NCBI GenBank assembly: GCA_030704615.1
Contig: CM060732.1
Coordinates: 49,228,001 to 49,292,000 of the forward strand
DNA length: 64,000 nucleotides
Direction of reading: 5' to 3'
Origin: Takakia lepidozioides
Taxonomy: Eukaryota; Plantae; Bryophyta
Below the pieces are notes generated by a model. The model was not told where the DNA came from, made no database searches, and worked only from the letters and a program-made list of their open reading frames with translations. Position numbers and translations under genes: made by a program. The number at the start of each line of letters is the position of its first letter. The stretch's first letter is position 1. Below are positions 37,384 to 50,298 of the stretch, piece after piece.

Positions 37384-37997
37384 CTACTCAATAACACTAG
37401 AACAATGAGAGCCTTACAGAGAAGCCTGCTATCACGATGCTTTGGCACTATGAAGACGCAGACCGCAAAAAACACTAAGTCCCAGCCCTGCACTCTGTGA
37501 CCTAGCAACCCTAAATTCGAGCCAAACTTTTGAATTTTTTGAATGTTTTGCACCCTAACAAAATATAAAATGATTATATATTCCATGTTATTATGTGAAG
37601 GTATTTTTAGCTTTATATATATATATATATTCATAGTCATTAAATGAGTAGTTAAAACGATTGTATATTCTATTTAATTACTAATATATATTTCAAATTA
37701 CATGAATTTAAAATATAATTGTGGAACTGCTACTGAAGTTGTTGAAACCACTACAATTTAAAATAAATCACCAGTAAGTCGACGTCACCCTCGAAATCGT
37801 ATCATTTGCAGCCATTAGATGCACTTGTATCCATTACACCACAATGTTTCAACCACGCGAGCAATGATATGTAGACACGTCGTCATTTGCAATCACATCC
37901 TCATTCTATTTCATCCATTTATCTTTGCATTTTCCACATCTAGACATTCTTTGGGTAACCAGCAGCAATCGCCACGTGTAGTCCTGAATACTATCAG

Positions 37998-39595
37998 TGT
38001 CGCGCACCTCACTTCGGTAAGCTCCCCCTCAAGTCATAGTTACTCGTTTTGATGCGCGCGCCTGACTCCGAACCTGGCCGCCGGGCCAACTTGGAGCTTC
38101 GGCTGCTCACCGGGGCATAACGGTCCCCCTTTGTTCTCCCGACCAACCCTCCACCGATTTGGAACCAGCGAGAATTCCCTTTGGTAGTGGCAGTCCGGAA
38201 CAGCTCCCCACTCTTTGGTCGCTTTACGGCTCGCTCGCTTACTCACTAGTTTTTGGTCACCAACGGGCTTGCACCGTTCTCGGGGTTACTACTCCCTATA
38301 TATACTTCTGTAGCTGTCCGCGGGGGTTTCACAACCAGCCATGCCATTTTATGGCGAACCACCACGAAAACCCTCGACTCCCGGTGATGAGTCGCGGTGA
38401 GTCTTGGCCCACTCACCACGACCCTTATGGACCGTGATGAGTCCCAAGACTCCCCACGACTCCCACCACGATGTCTCCGCCCCCATGGTGAGTCCTATGC
38501 CACCCCCACTAAGTCCCGCTAAGCTACCACCACCCCTTGTGGAGCCACCCCCACCGCAACCCGGTGTGCGGGGCTCCACCTAGTGAGCGCCTCCGCCTCC
38601 TTGGGTGCCTTGGGCACTCAAGGGTGCTTCAGCCCCCCCATACCTATCGCTGCCGCTGCCCCCACCACAGGGGCAACCCCTCATGTGTCCCGACCCCCCT
38701 GCCCTCAAGGCAAAGGGCCGCGACACACACCCCTACCAACAGGGAGTCGATGTCCTCATCGACTTGTTCATTTTGTAGAAACGAACATCCAAGTTGTGGC
38801 GTCCCACATCAAGGAGTTTGTTTCCGTACCATGGCGTCCCATGGCAAAGAACCAAACCCCACACTTGACTCTACTCTCCACTAGCTAGTTTGGCCGACTT
38901 CCTCCAAGTCCCGGCCAAGGGTGGAGCCTCTCCAGCTCCTCCCAATGCACTCTTCTTGGCCTACTTCAAGGCCAAGGAACGATCGTCCCCGAGGATCAAA
39001 TCGCCTTACTGCAACAACATTGCTTGCGATCGCTCATGATACCGCTTTTGGCATCACCTTGAGCAAGGGTTCACCTGGAACCCTCTTTGACTAGGAAAAT
39101 AACCTTGAACCAACCGTGCGCCCCAATCACTACAATTGGGTCCGCCTTGGAATGCTGGCCTGAGGTACGGGAACACGCCGAAGCCGCACTACGACTTCGT
39201 CCCGAGGCTACACGATTATAGTACGTGAACGGAAGCACGTAGCTTCCGCGTTAGCCCGCACTACAAGGCAACCCCCTCGGTAGCGCAGTTATAGTACGCG
39301 CACGCGCCAGGTGCGCACTAGCACGTGAACTCCCAAATAAGGCGCAAGTTTCCTTGCCCCTTGGATGGGGTCACCCGATTTCGGCACTACGCAAACACAC
39401 GATTAACCCAATTTACCTCTCCCACTTTTATAAGCTAGCATGCATTCTACACACTAGCCAACCATACCATGCATCACCATTCCAAACAAAATAGGACGCA
39501 CAACATTTGGAAGCCATTTCATTTATAGCACGTTTTGTACAATACAAGTTTTTGCAATCGGATCCCTAAGCTAGCTAAGCCGGGCTAAGCATGCA
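37998..39595 (-). repeat. 3' LTR (about 1.6 kb) of the chromovirus
   Basis: Begins TG right after the PPT (39595) and is proposed to end CA at 37998. No second LTR is available to confirm the boundary. Confidence 0.6.
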
Positions 39596-42500
39596 TTTCC
39601 TCCCCCACGCTCCAAGGTTGATGTCCCCATCAACGCTTCTTCCGCTTTTGAGGTCGCCCTTCGAAAGCTGCAACCGCCTCGGATGCGTTTCTCATTTATG
39701 AGGCACGCACCCAAGATGCCTCCACATGATGATAGCCCTTCCATTTGACGAGATACTCCCGTTTCTCGGTTCCTGAACCTCCTCGACTTAAGTATTGCCT
39801 CCACCTCGTACTCAGGTTCATTTTCATGATCCAACAACATAGGTGGTGGACGCAACACTTGATGCCGATTCGGACGCGCTTCATCTTTGAAGTAAGGCTT
39901 CAAAAAGGATACATGGAATACTGGGTGCACCTTACTGTTTGCCGGCAGCTCCAATTCATAAACATCCTCATTCATAACCTTCCGAATGCGAAAGGGTCCC
40001 GCATACGGAGGTACGAACTTCGGACTCACTTCCGGAGGTAGTCGGAAATTCTTGATGTTCAACCAGACCTCTGTACCTGCCTCAAACTTCACTTCCCTCC
40101 GCTTCCGATTCGCCTGCCTTTCATACCGTTTCCTAGCTTTGGCAATGTTGTACTTTGCGAGCTTCAACAAACGCTCGCGTTCTTCCAGTACCGCCGCTAC
40201 TGCCGGTTCCTCAACGTCCTGGGCGGCTCAACTTGTCGGCACCAGAGGTGTTTTTCCATAGACCAATACGAAAGGGGAAACTCCCGTTGCGGAGTGTTCT
40301 GTGTTATTATAACAAAACTCTGCCGTGTCTAAGTGTTCCACCCAGTCTGTTTGGTCTGCCGACACGTAATTCCGCAAGATCTGCTTCACTACGGAATTCA
40401 CTCTTTCTGTTTGGCCGTCGGTCGTAGGTCGGAAGGCGGTGCTCATCTTCAGCCTCGTCCCCATCTTCTTCCAAAGTGCCCTCCAAAATTTACTCGTAAA
40501 CTTTGGATCGCGGTCCGAGACAATATCCTTCGGGACTCCATGATGCTTTAAGACGTGGGCGAAGTAAAGTCGCCCTGTCTCCTGCGCCATTGCCATCTCC
40601 TTGGTGGGGATGAAATTTTTACTGAACCTATCCACCACCACCATGATTGCATCGAATCCTTTTGACAGCGGCATAGCAGTCATGAAATCCATCGAAACGC
40701 TTTCACAAGTCCCCTCTGGAATCGGCAAGGGTTGTAACAGCCCCGCTTGCTTTTTGTACTCGCTCCGGTTTTGTTGGCATGTGGTGCATGTCTTGACATA
40801 CTCCTCTGCCTCCTCCCTCAGTTTGGGCCAGAAATACTCTTTCTTCAGGAGTGCCGCAGTGCGCTTGGCTCCGCCGTGGCCTGCAAGCGGGCTATCATGA
40901 CATTCTCTCAAGAGGCTATCTCTGATCCCTCCCTTTGGCACGTAGAGACGTTTTTGCTTATGCCGGAGCAGTCCATTTTGCAAGTGGAACTGCGATTTAA
41001 CCCCCATCCTCAAGTCCTGCATCACGGACTTCGCCAGCTCATCCTTCCGGCAAGCCTTCCGGATCTTCCTTTGGAGCGCCGTCTCGCCCCTGTACACAAA
41101 CAGGAGCTGCTGCTTTCTACTTAAAGCATCGGCCACCACATTGTCCCGTCCCGGTTTGTACTGGATATCCACGTCGAACACCGCCAAAGTATCTTGCTAC
41201 CTAAGTTGTTTTGGGGACAACTTGGGCTGCGTGGCAAAATACTTCACTGTGACATTGTCCGTGAACACCTTCACTGGGTTGGAACCAACATAGTGGCGCC
41301 AAAGCTCGAGGCAATGCACCACCGCCTTCATCTCTTTTTCGTGCGTCGGCCACCGTCGCTCCACTTCATTCAGTTTCTTACTTTCGTAAGCCATTGGACG
41401 TCCATCTTGCATAAGTACACCCCCAATCGCGAAGTCCAACGCATCTGTATGAATCTCAATGGACGATCGAACTCCGGGATTTTCAAGACTGGAGCTTCCG
41501 CCATCCGCTGCTTCAATTCAGCAAAAGCTTGGCCACAAAATGTATTCCATTCCCAGACTTTGGATTTACACAGAAGGTCCGACAACGGCCCCGCGATCTT
41601 GGCGAAATTTCTCACATACTTCCGGTAATAGGAGGCGAGTCCTAGGAAGGATCGCACTCCCGGGACCGAAGTCGGAGGCTCCCAGTCCAAGATCGCCCTC
41701 ATCTTTATGTCATCCATTTTGATCCCATCCTGTGTAATCACATGCCCCAGGAACTCCACTTTTGTGACCCCGAATTCGCACTTTGAAGCTTTGGCATACA
41801 GCTTCTCTTCTCGCAATTTTTGGAACACCCTTTTTAGGAGCTCCAGGTGTTCTTCCTTTGTTTTCGAGTACACCAAGATGTCGTCGATGTACACGATCAT
41901 AAAGTCATCCAACCACTCCTGGAAAAGGCTGTTCATCAGCGTGCTAAATGTCGCTGGTGCATTGGTGAGCCCAAAAGGCATCACCAAGAACTCATATGAA
42001 CCATACCTTGTCCTGCACGCAGTCTTCTCCTCATCTCCTTCCGCCACCCGAATTTGATGATAGCCGGAGCGCAAGTCGATCCGGCTGAAATACTTCGCTC
42101 CTGCCAACCGATCGAAGAGGTCGTCGATCCTTGGCAAAGGGTACCGGTTTTTGATAGTCACCTTATTCAGAGCCCTGTAATCGACACACATCTGCAGCGT
42201 CCCATCCTTCTTGTCTGCGAATAGCACCGGGGCTCCGTAAGGTGATTTACTCGGCTGGATGTACCCCTTTGACATTAGATCCTTGAGCTGAGTCTTCAGC
42301 TCGACCAACTCCCTGTGGCTCAACCGGTAGGGTGCCTTGGCAGGCGGTTCCGTTCCCGGTATCACCTCAATCTTGTGGTCAACTCCTCTTCGCGGTGGCA
42401 AGCCGCTTGGTAAATCCTCCGGCATCACATCCTGGTATTTCCCCAAAATCCCCTTGATCCAATCTGGGCTCGGCTCCCCATCGCCTTCTCATTTCACTTC

Positions 42501-43805
42501 TCTAATGTAAAGCAAAAACTGGGGCTCGTGTGCCTCCTCCACGGCCCACTCCCTTGCTGACAGAAGGTTTATTCGCCCTCCCACGTATTTGGGCGTTTCC
42601 GATACTCGTAAGACCTCGCTACCATTCCCACAAGGCAGCGTGACTACTCTCTTGCGGCCATCTATGACCGCTCCGGATTTGCTCAGGTCATCCCCAAAAT
42701 GAGATCTACTCCATCGATCTCGCAGATGGTGAAGTTCTCACGTCCCTCCCAACTCCCCAGTTGAAGAGAAACATCAAACGCCAACCTTGTTGTCAACTGT
42801 GGTTCTCCTTTGGCAGAACGCACCTCAATAGAGGCCCCCACGTCACTTGTCGGGAGTCCCAACTTTCGCGCTGCCGCCGGCGTCATGAAGGAGTGCGACG
42901 CTCCTATGTCCACCAACAACGACACGTTAGTTCCGGATATTATCCCATCCACGAACAATAACTGACTCCCTTTACGCAGGGCGCCAGTTTCCTGATACAA
43001 CTCACAAGAATAGTTGCCTACCTTGCAAGTCCTGGCGACCACCGCTTCCACCAAGCGACTGATGGTATCTTCCGACAGCTCCGTGGTTGCCCGAGTCATG
43101 TTCAATTGTCGAGGTTTCGTGCACTTCTTGGCCATGTGCCCGGGCTCCCCGCAATTGAAACACACTCCATCAAAGGTCGCCTTCTGTCCGTCATAAGCCG
43201 CTCCACCTGCTTTTCCTTTCGAAGCACCGGGTGCCGCCTTGACGTGTGAAGGCCCTCCCTTCGATTTCCACGTGCCATTGTCGCCGCGTGGCCTATCCCA
43301 CTTCATTTCCGGTCGGAAAGAGTCACCTTCCCGCCGGGTCTTCTTGTGGTTCAGCTCCGTAAGGCCTTGTCTCTCACCCCTAGGGACATCCGAGAAACAT
43401 TCAGCCCTCTCAATTGCCTTGTTCAAAGTTTTGGGTGGCTTCTCCTCCAACTTCCGCCTGGACCATGGGGCCAGTCCCGCCACAAAGTTGAAGACTATTT
43501 CTGGTTCTGTCATGTCCGCGACTTCGAGCAACAGCACATTGAAAGCCTGGACATACCCCCGAATGTCATCTGTTTGCTTCAAATTCCTCATCTTGTCCCG
43601 GGCAAGCCAGGACGCGTTGAGGGGCACAAACTGTCTCTTCATCAATTCCTTGAACCCACTCCAGTTCAAGGTTTCCGGGCTTGGACCTCGGTCGTGAAGG
43701 CGTTTCTGCCACCATTGTTGAGCATAGCCCCTCAAATAGGTGGGAGCCACTTCCACCCGATCCTCGTCACTCAACTTGGCCGCCCGGAAGTACTGCTCTA
43801 GCTCT
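37998..43805 (-). mobile_element. Ty3/gypsy chromovirus LTR retrotransposon, 5'-truncated and frameshifted
   Basis: gag with CCHC (CFNCGEPGHMAKKC), protease (LVDIGASHSF), RT (YIDDILVYS), RNase H, integrase (HHCC, SMDF, SDRD, GQTER), GPF motif and chromodomain (EYEVEAIL..YLVKWKGY). PPT GGGGGAGGAAA, then the 3' LTR. Confidence 0.95.
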
Positions 43806-43809
43806 GGCA

Positions 43810-44000
43810 TGAGACCACAAGTTGCCGCATTAGCCGATATGGTTGCAGCCACTCGACAAAAAGTGGAAGTTCTTAGTGATACAGGCGTGTGTTTTTTTTT
43901 CCAGATGTCAGGCATTAGGGGTACTACTACAGATGTTGAGGAGTATTTTGCGCTACGCAGAGCAGAAGAATTAGCTAAATTACGGAAGCGCCTGGTAGCA
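43810..44000 (+). mobile_element. PIF/Harbinger ORF1 (NAM-associated C-terminal) fragment
   Basis: DMVAATRQKVEVL...EEYFALRRAEELAKLRKRL resembles the NAM-associated tail of Harbinger Myb-like proteins. Same strand as the transposase downstream. Confidence 0.55.
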
Positions 44001-45124
44001 CATCAGACATCTGCTTCTCCTGTCGACCCCCAATTGCTCCTGATATGCCATCCCAAGCTGTCAATCGTACTCATGCCCTCATGAGCCCTATCATCGTGTA
44101 GACGGTGAATCAACCTCCCGCTACAGTCGACCTCAGAGCTGCACCAACAGAGCATTACCCTCCTCAATAATTCGTCCCACCCACGCGTCAAAGTGAGGGA
44201 ATCAATTTCTACGATGGCATATTGTCTCAACACGATTATCACTCTGGTGATGGCGATTACAAGGAAGATTACCGCCCCCCCTGAGGGGTATGGTATTCCA
44301 AAATTTCAATCCAATCCTCGAAATGTACCTCACCAATCTCCTGTAATGCAACCTATTTTTGATCATGATGAAACACAGGGCGATGACATAGGGTGTTTCA
44401 ATAGTAATGACAACTTCCGTGAGTATGTCTAATTTACAGTAATCACATCTTGTTTTCATATCATTATGCTTTCGGGCTTTGGTTCATTGAGAACCAGACG
44501 TGAGTTGGATTTGTGTGTAATAAATGCAAGAGTTTTCAAGTTTCAAATCGAATTCTTTGTACCATGTGTATCGTTGGCCGTCAAACGCAATGACTGTGAA
44601 TATGCAGCTATGATGGAATAGGACAATGACAATTTTTCTGTCTATAACTCATGGAGTAGAGATAGTGCCCTCTCTGCATTCTTATGAATAGAGATCAACC
44701 TGAACCACTGGTTTGGGCATTTTCGCCCCCAAAACATATATGCTCACAAATTCTATGTTGTACTTCTGTTACATACCTGGGACTGGCTTATATACGTCCT
44801 GATCATCTTTCTTTGATCTTAGAGAGCATTACATATGGGCTGAACTCACATTTACTGCCTATGTCTTTTGTCTAATTGACTGCTATAGTGAATTCTACAG
44901 TCCCATGTCATGGATAATGTCTACATGGCTTCTTTAGTATGATTTCAGGGTTGTTTTTAAAACATACTCAATGTGTTTTGTTTCACATATGAATATCGTG
45001 TTGGAAAGACATGGATGATATATTATTGTCCTTATAATTGTTTCATAAGAGTTGACCAGTTCATCATATACATTTTTGCATAGGTTTCTTTAGGTTTCAT
45101 ACAATAGTTTTGTTAACAATGGAA

Positions 45125-45345
45125 CCCTTGTACCATGTGTTCCCTGGCTTTCAAGAGGGGCTGACTGTGAGTACCTTCTATGTACTACTGGCTTTCAAGA
45201 GGAGCTGAGTGTGAGTACCTTGTACCACTGGTTTTCAAGAGGGTTGATTGTGAGTACCTTGTGCCAATGCCCATTACTGTGAGTACCTTGTACCATGTAT
45301 ACCACTAGCTTTCAAGAGGGGCTGATTTGTGAGTACTTGTATGGC
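45125..45345. repeat. ~40-bp minisatellite (about 5 units)
   Basis: Unit gtgagtaccttgtaccactggctttcaagaggggctgact. Confidence 0.85.
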
Positions 45346-45859
45346 ATACATGATGTACATGGATTCAATTGAAATTGTAATTGAATTAGCAATGAGTATG
45401 GCTGGATTGCTAATGCTTTTGAATATGGCAGGATTGCTTACCATTTTTGAGAGATATTGGCTTTTTCTTAGTCTTTTTGAGTGGTTCTCTGCTGCATTAT
45501 TGTTGCTGGAAGAATACATTTTTAGGTTCCAGTCGGGACTATGCTGCCATAGTGGAAGTGGGGGCATAGGTTGTCATTTACTCACACTTTCGAGACGATA
45601 CCTTGTGCTCTGTGGGGTTGGTATGAGCAGGATGCAGCTGAATTGGGGTGAAATTCATTGCCGCATGATAGTAGACATTTCCTTCCTTAACTTTGGTAAT
45701 GGGTTATCATCTGTGTTAGAGGGTTTCTTGTTAAATGAAAAATTTGTTATTTGTTACTGTTCAACACAATGAGCACAATAAGATTGGTTGACCTCCAGGG
45801 CAGGATTTTAGGCTAACCCATATGTGGCATGTGTTTGTTAATTCCCATTAAACCCCCTT

Positions 45860-46507
45860 GTAATCAATGTCGCGTTGATGCAAGGTTGATCCCTGAACTT
45901 CCCAAAAGACTAGAAGACACGAAACACTAAGCAAGACGAAGATTTATTTCCCGAAAGAGGCGATTGAAATCCATAGCATAATCAAGGTTGTGTCCCATAC
46001 AAAATGCAAAAAACAATGCAAAAATGATGTTTTCATTTCACAAATCAAGATTGCGACAACGCAAGGTTGATTTGCATCCTGCGACTTCAATTTTTTTTTG
46101 GGAAAAAATATGTTTCATTTCACAAATCAAGGTTGCGTCAACGCAAGGTTGATTTGCATCCTGCGACTTCAATTTTTTTTGGGAAAAAATATGTTTTCAT
46201 TTCTCAAATCAAGGTTGCGTCAACGCAAGGTTGTTTTGCATCATGTGACTGCAATTTTTTATTTTTTTAAATCTTTTTTTCTTGGAAAAATGATACTTTC
46301 ATTTCTCAAATCAACCTTGCATTGATTTGCCCATACAAAATGCAAAAAATAGTGCAAAAATGATGCTTTCATTTCTCAAATCAAGGTTGCGTCAATACAA
46401 GGTTGATTTGCATCCTGCGACTTCAATTTATTTTATTTTATTTTTTTGGAAAAATGATGTTTTCATTCCTCAAATCAACCTTGCGTCAATGCAAGGTCGA
46501 TTTGCAT
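45860..46507. repeat. Array of ~63-bp palindromic repeats (left of Harbinger transposase)
   Basis: Unit contains AAATCAA(GG/CC)TTGCG-TCAA-CGCAAGGTTGATTT. Confidence 0.85.
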
Positions 46508-46509
46508 GG

Positions 46510-47720
46510 AGCAAGATAAGTACTTCATGCATATGTTGTTAAATGAAGCTACTTCTGCCTTTGATGAGCCAGAACCCAAGCGTGGAGGTGGCTCGAGATT
46601 AGGGAAGGCCCCCAATGTACAGAGGCAAAGGCAGCAGGGCCATGAGAGGATATATCAAGATTATTTTTTGCCTACACCTGTGTATGATGAACGGGTTTCA
46701 GGCGGCATTACCGGATGCGACGAGGGTCATAATTTATGAAGATCATGGACACTCTTGTTGCATATGATGCTTATTTTCAGCAGAAGATTGATAGGCGTCA
46801 TGGGTTTGTCTAGCATTCAAAAATGTACTGATGCATTTGCGAATGCTTGCCTATGATGTGACTGCCGATGCCACAGATGAGTATTGCATATTGGCGGAAA
46901 GCACTGCTATGCAAGCCATAAGACGTTTTGTTTCTGGAATTCACACTTGCTTTGAGGCTATGTACCTTCGTCAGTCCACTACTTTCGACATAATTGCCAA
47001 ACAGATGAAGATCAATAGTGACAGAGGCTTTCCTGGTATGTCCGCTTCTATTGACCGCATGCATTACCAATGGAAGAATTGCCCTGTGGTCTGGCATTAT
47101 CAATACCGGGACAATGATGGCAATATGAGCATCATTCTTGAGGCTATAGTTTTCCAGGACTTGTGGATTTGACATGCTTTCTTTGGATTACCTAGCAAGA
47201 ACAATGATATCAATGTTCTTGATTGTTCGCCGCTAGTTGCAGATTTGTTGAGAGGCACTGCCATTGATGTCGGGTTCACTATCATGGACAATGTCTATCC
47301 CCGATATTATTTGCATGCAGATGGTATCTACCCTCCATGGTCGTGCTTTGTCCAAACAATGATCCATAAGCCTGAGGATGAGAGGCCGAGACAACATTTT
47401 GCTATGCTGCAAGAATTTGCCCGCAAAGATGTAGAGAGGGCATTTGATGTGTTGCAAGGCCGATCAGTTGTTATCATTCGGAACGCTTGTAGACAATGGG
47501 ATCTGAACACCACTATAGACATCATGTTTACATGCGTCATATTGCATAATATGATAATTGAGGACGAGTGTGATACTTACTTTGAGGGTCAATTTGATTT
47601 TCTTGAAGGAGTTCGTACGAGGAAATGTTTGACTTTTGACGAGTACCGGTAGAGAACACTTGAGCTTGAGAGTTCTGAGTGGTACCACAAGCTTAGGATG
47701 AATTTGATTGAACACTAGTG
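46510..47720 (+). mobile_element. PIF/Harbinger (ALP1-like) transposase pseudogene
   Basis: LRMLAY..ADATDEY, GFPGM..SID.MHYQWKNCP, NNDINVL, ADGIYP.W, RKDVERAF.VLQ and CVILHNMIIEDE, with stops and frameshifts. Confidence 0.9.
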
Positions 47721-48649
47721 GTCTCTTAAAGGGACAAACATGTATTAAACTACATTGAGTACAATGTCGTTAACAATTCATTGTTAATACAATTAATGTT
47801 TCAATTTATGCCATGTACCAATGCATACACACTTGACACTGCTTCCAATAGCATATGCATCTATGTTATCTCACACTGCAATCAAAAGAGGTGGGGACAA
47901 TGTGTTAGTGACAATTTCAAAAACGAAAAAACATTGTGGGGACTCCTTGATAATGGGCATCGGAGGTGGTGCGGGAGGATAAGGGACAGATGTACTGCTT
48001 GCAAAATTGATGAAGTCATTTTCCTTCTTGCAAGTCAATGGATAAATAAGATGATTGTTCATATGCTTGATATTAATTCCTCTATTTCCAAGAAGCAATC
48101 CCACTTTAGTCATCCACACCGAACTGCTATGCTTAGGGGGAGGACATATAATCCACCAGGTTTGTACCACATCTCCAGCCAGTACACATCGGGAATATGT
48201 CTTAGTCAATCATTTCAATTTACAGGTTCCATATGTCTCTTATTTTATCATGCCCCGGAGGTCTGCCAATCTTATTCTGCTCATTGTGTGAAACAGTAAC
48301 AAGTAATAGATTTTGCAGCCATACTCATTGCTAATTCAAGAGGGAAGCTAGCATGTGAGCGCGCTCACGCTTAGCGCACTAAGCGTGAGTAGACTTCATT
48401 AAGCGTGAGCACATAAGGGAAGCGGAGCCTATAGCCTTGGGAAAAGCATGACCTATTGTCGTGGGGGCAATGTTGAGTGGAACGGAGGGTAACATACGAT
48501 GCTTAGGACCTAAGACGTCGAGTTCTACGCTAGAAAATTTGAGAGGAATGTGTGGCGAAATTCTTTAAGGATTAATGGCTATGTGGAATGGATGAATGTA
48601 GGATGAATGCAAGATGACAAAAGATGGATGAATGAACCATGGATGACAG

Positions 48650-48890
48650 CAACACAAGGTTAATTTTGGAGAACTTGAAATCAACCTTGTGTCAACACGA
48701 GGTTGATTTCCGAGTGGACGTGGATGATTACGTTTTTTTTTTTTTTTTTGGAAAAAAGATGCTTTCATTTCTCAAATCAAGGTTGCGTCACCGCAAGGTT
48801 GATTTGCATCCTGCAATGTTTTTTTTGGTCATGCAAATCAACCTTGCGTCAACGCAAGGTTGATTTGAGAAATGAAACCATCATTTTTCC
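48650..48890. repeat. Second array of the same palindromic repeat
   Basis: Includes a perfect 15-bp-arm palindrome at 48834-48867. Confidence 0.85.
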
Positions 48891-49199
48891 CAAAAAAATA
48901 AAAAAATAAAAAATAAATAAAAATCGCAGGTTTTCTAAATCTTCCCTAATGACAACTTCTAATTTATCATTCATCTGACGCCTCTAGTCATCCATCGCTG
49001 CAAATACGGTGTAGAAATTGAAAGCACAATGGTACAAAGGTGAGCCGTGGGAAAGCAAAGATGATGAAGGTTGAAAAATGCTGGACTCGAGAGCTGTGAC
49101 GGGGATGATGAAGGCAAGCGGTCGGTGAAGTTTAAATGATATGATTGGATCCCTTCACTCTCCGGGTTGGCGTGAATTACCCGAGGATAATTTACTCGG

Positions 49200-50236
49200 T
49201 ATCAAAGTGTTTTCCATGCCTAAGGGGCATATCAATCCCCTCTCTCCCTGTGACATTTTGATCCATTCTTTGCCTACTCCGTTAAGCTAGGGTATTCCTC
49301 ACTTAATCCCCCTCACTTCTTTGGATCTCAAATTTTGTTATAAATGGAGACATTTGGATGGTGGGCCGACTTCATGGAAACCAATCTGGAAGGATGTCTG
49401 GCGGAAAGATTGTGCTGCAAAAATAAGTGGGTTCTTTTGGAGAATTGCAAATAGGATTTTGCCCAACACTCATTTCTCCTCTGATATTCTCACGACCTGT
49501 CAATTCTGCTATGCTCAGATTAAAGAAACTATGGAACATCTCTTTGTCTCTTGCCCCTTTGTTTCTCTGGTCTGGGACATAGTCGCTCTTTTTCATAACA
49601 CTTGGGAAAAGAATTTCCCTAGACTTCCTTCTCTTATTCTTCTCAATTTCCATAGTGGTTCTCTTTGGTCTGATTGCCTGGTCTGGGCGGCACTTCGTGC
49701 GCATGTCAAGTGTGGCATATTTGAAAAATGTGGTGTTCTTCTCTGTATGATGGCATCTTGCCCAATGATAGTGTGCTTTTATTCAGAGCTCACTCAGACA
49801 TGCAGTCTAAAGCTCGAAGGCCTGAGAATTGTTAGTTGCAGCTTTTCCAGATGCTCAGAGGATAGGCGACAACAACTGCTCACTCGCTTTGACTCGACTT
49901 GGGGAAAGAGAGATTATTTTCACCAGAGTTGCTGAGCTGCAAGTTATATGGAGCAACAACTTCCCTGCATGCTGGAATTTATTATAATGCTAAATTTTCC
50001 CTTCTGGATGGCAATGAGCTGGAGGTCAACTGGCGTCACAAGCACAATTTTAGGAAAACCAGATCTAGGGTTTATCTTTTTTTTAAACCATGCAAGAGCA
50101 AGCGCGTGAGCTTTTAATCTTCCTTCCTTTCTAGCTAGTCTTTCAGTTTTTTATCAGGCCCTACCTTTGAGAACTTTGGATATTGAGCAATGTCTAATCT
50201 ATTGGTCTCTATGGCTCCATAAAAAAAAAAAAAAAA
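49200..50236 (+). mobile_element. 5'-truncated L1-type LINE (zf-RVT) with poly(A) tail
   Basis: WKDVW...KISGFFWRIANRILP..CQFC...ETMEHLFVSC and an A-run at 50221-50236. Confidence 0.8.
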
Positions 50237-50298
50237 CACCAGCACTACTAATCCCCCATATATTTAATTAAGTCATGTTATTAAGTAATTAATTTTAA

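Noticed and set aside
45860-46507. CRISPR-like array of palindromic repeats
   Set aside because: Spacers are not unique, there are no cas genes and the context is eukaryotic; this is a TE-associated tandem repeat.
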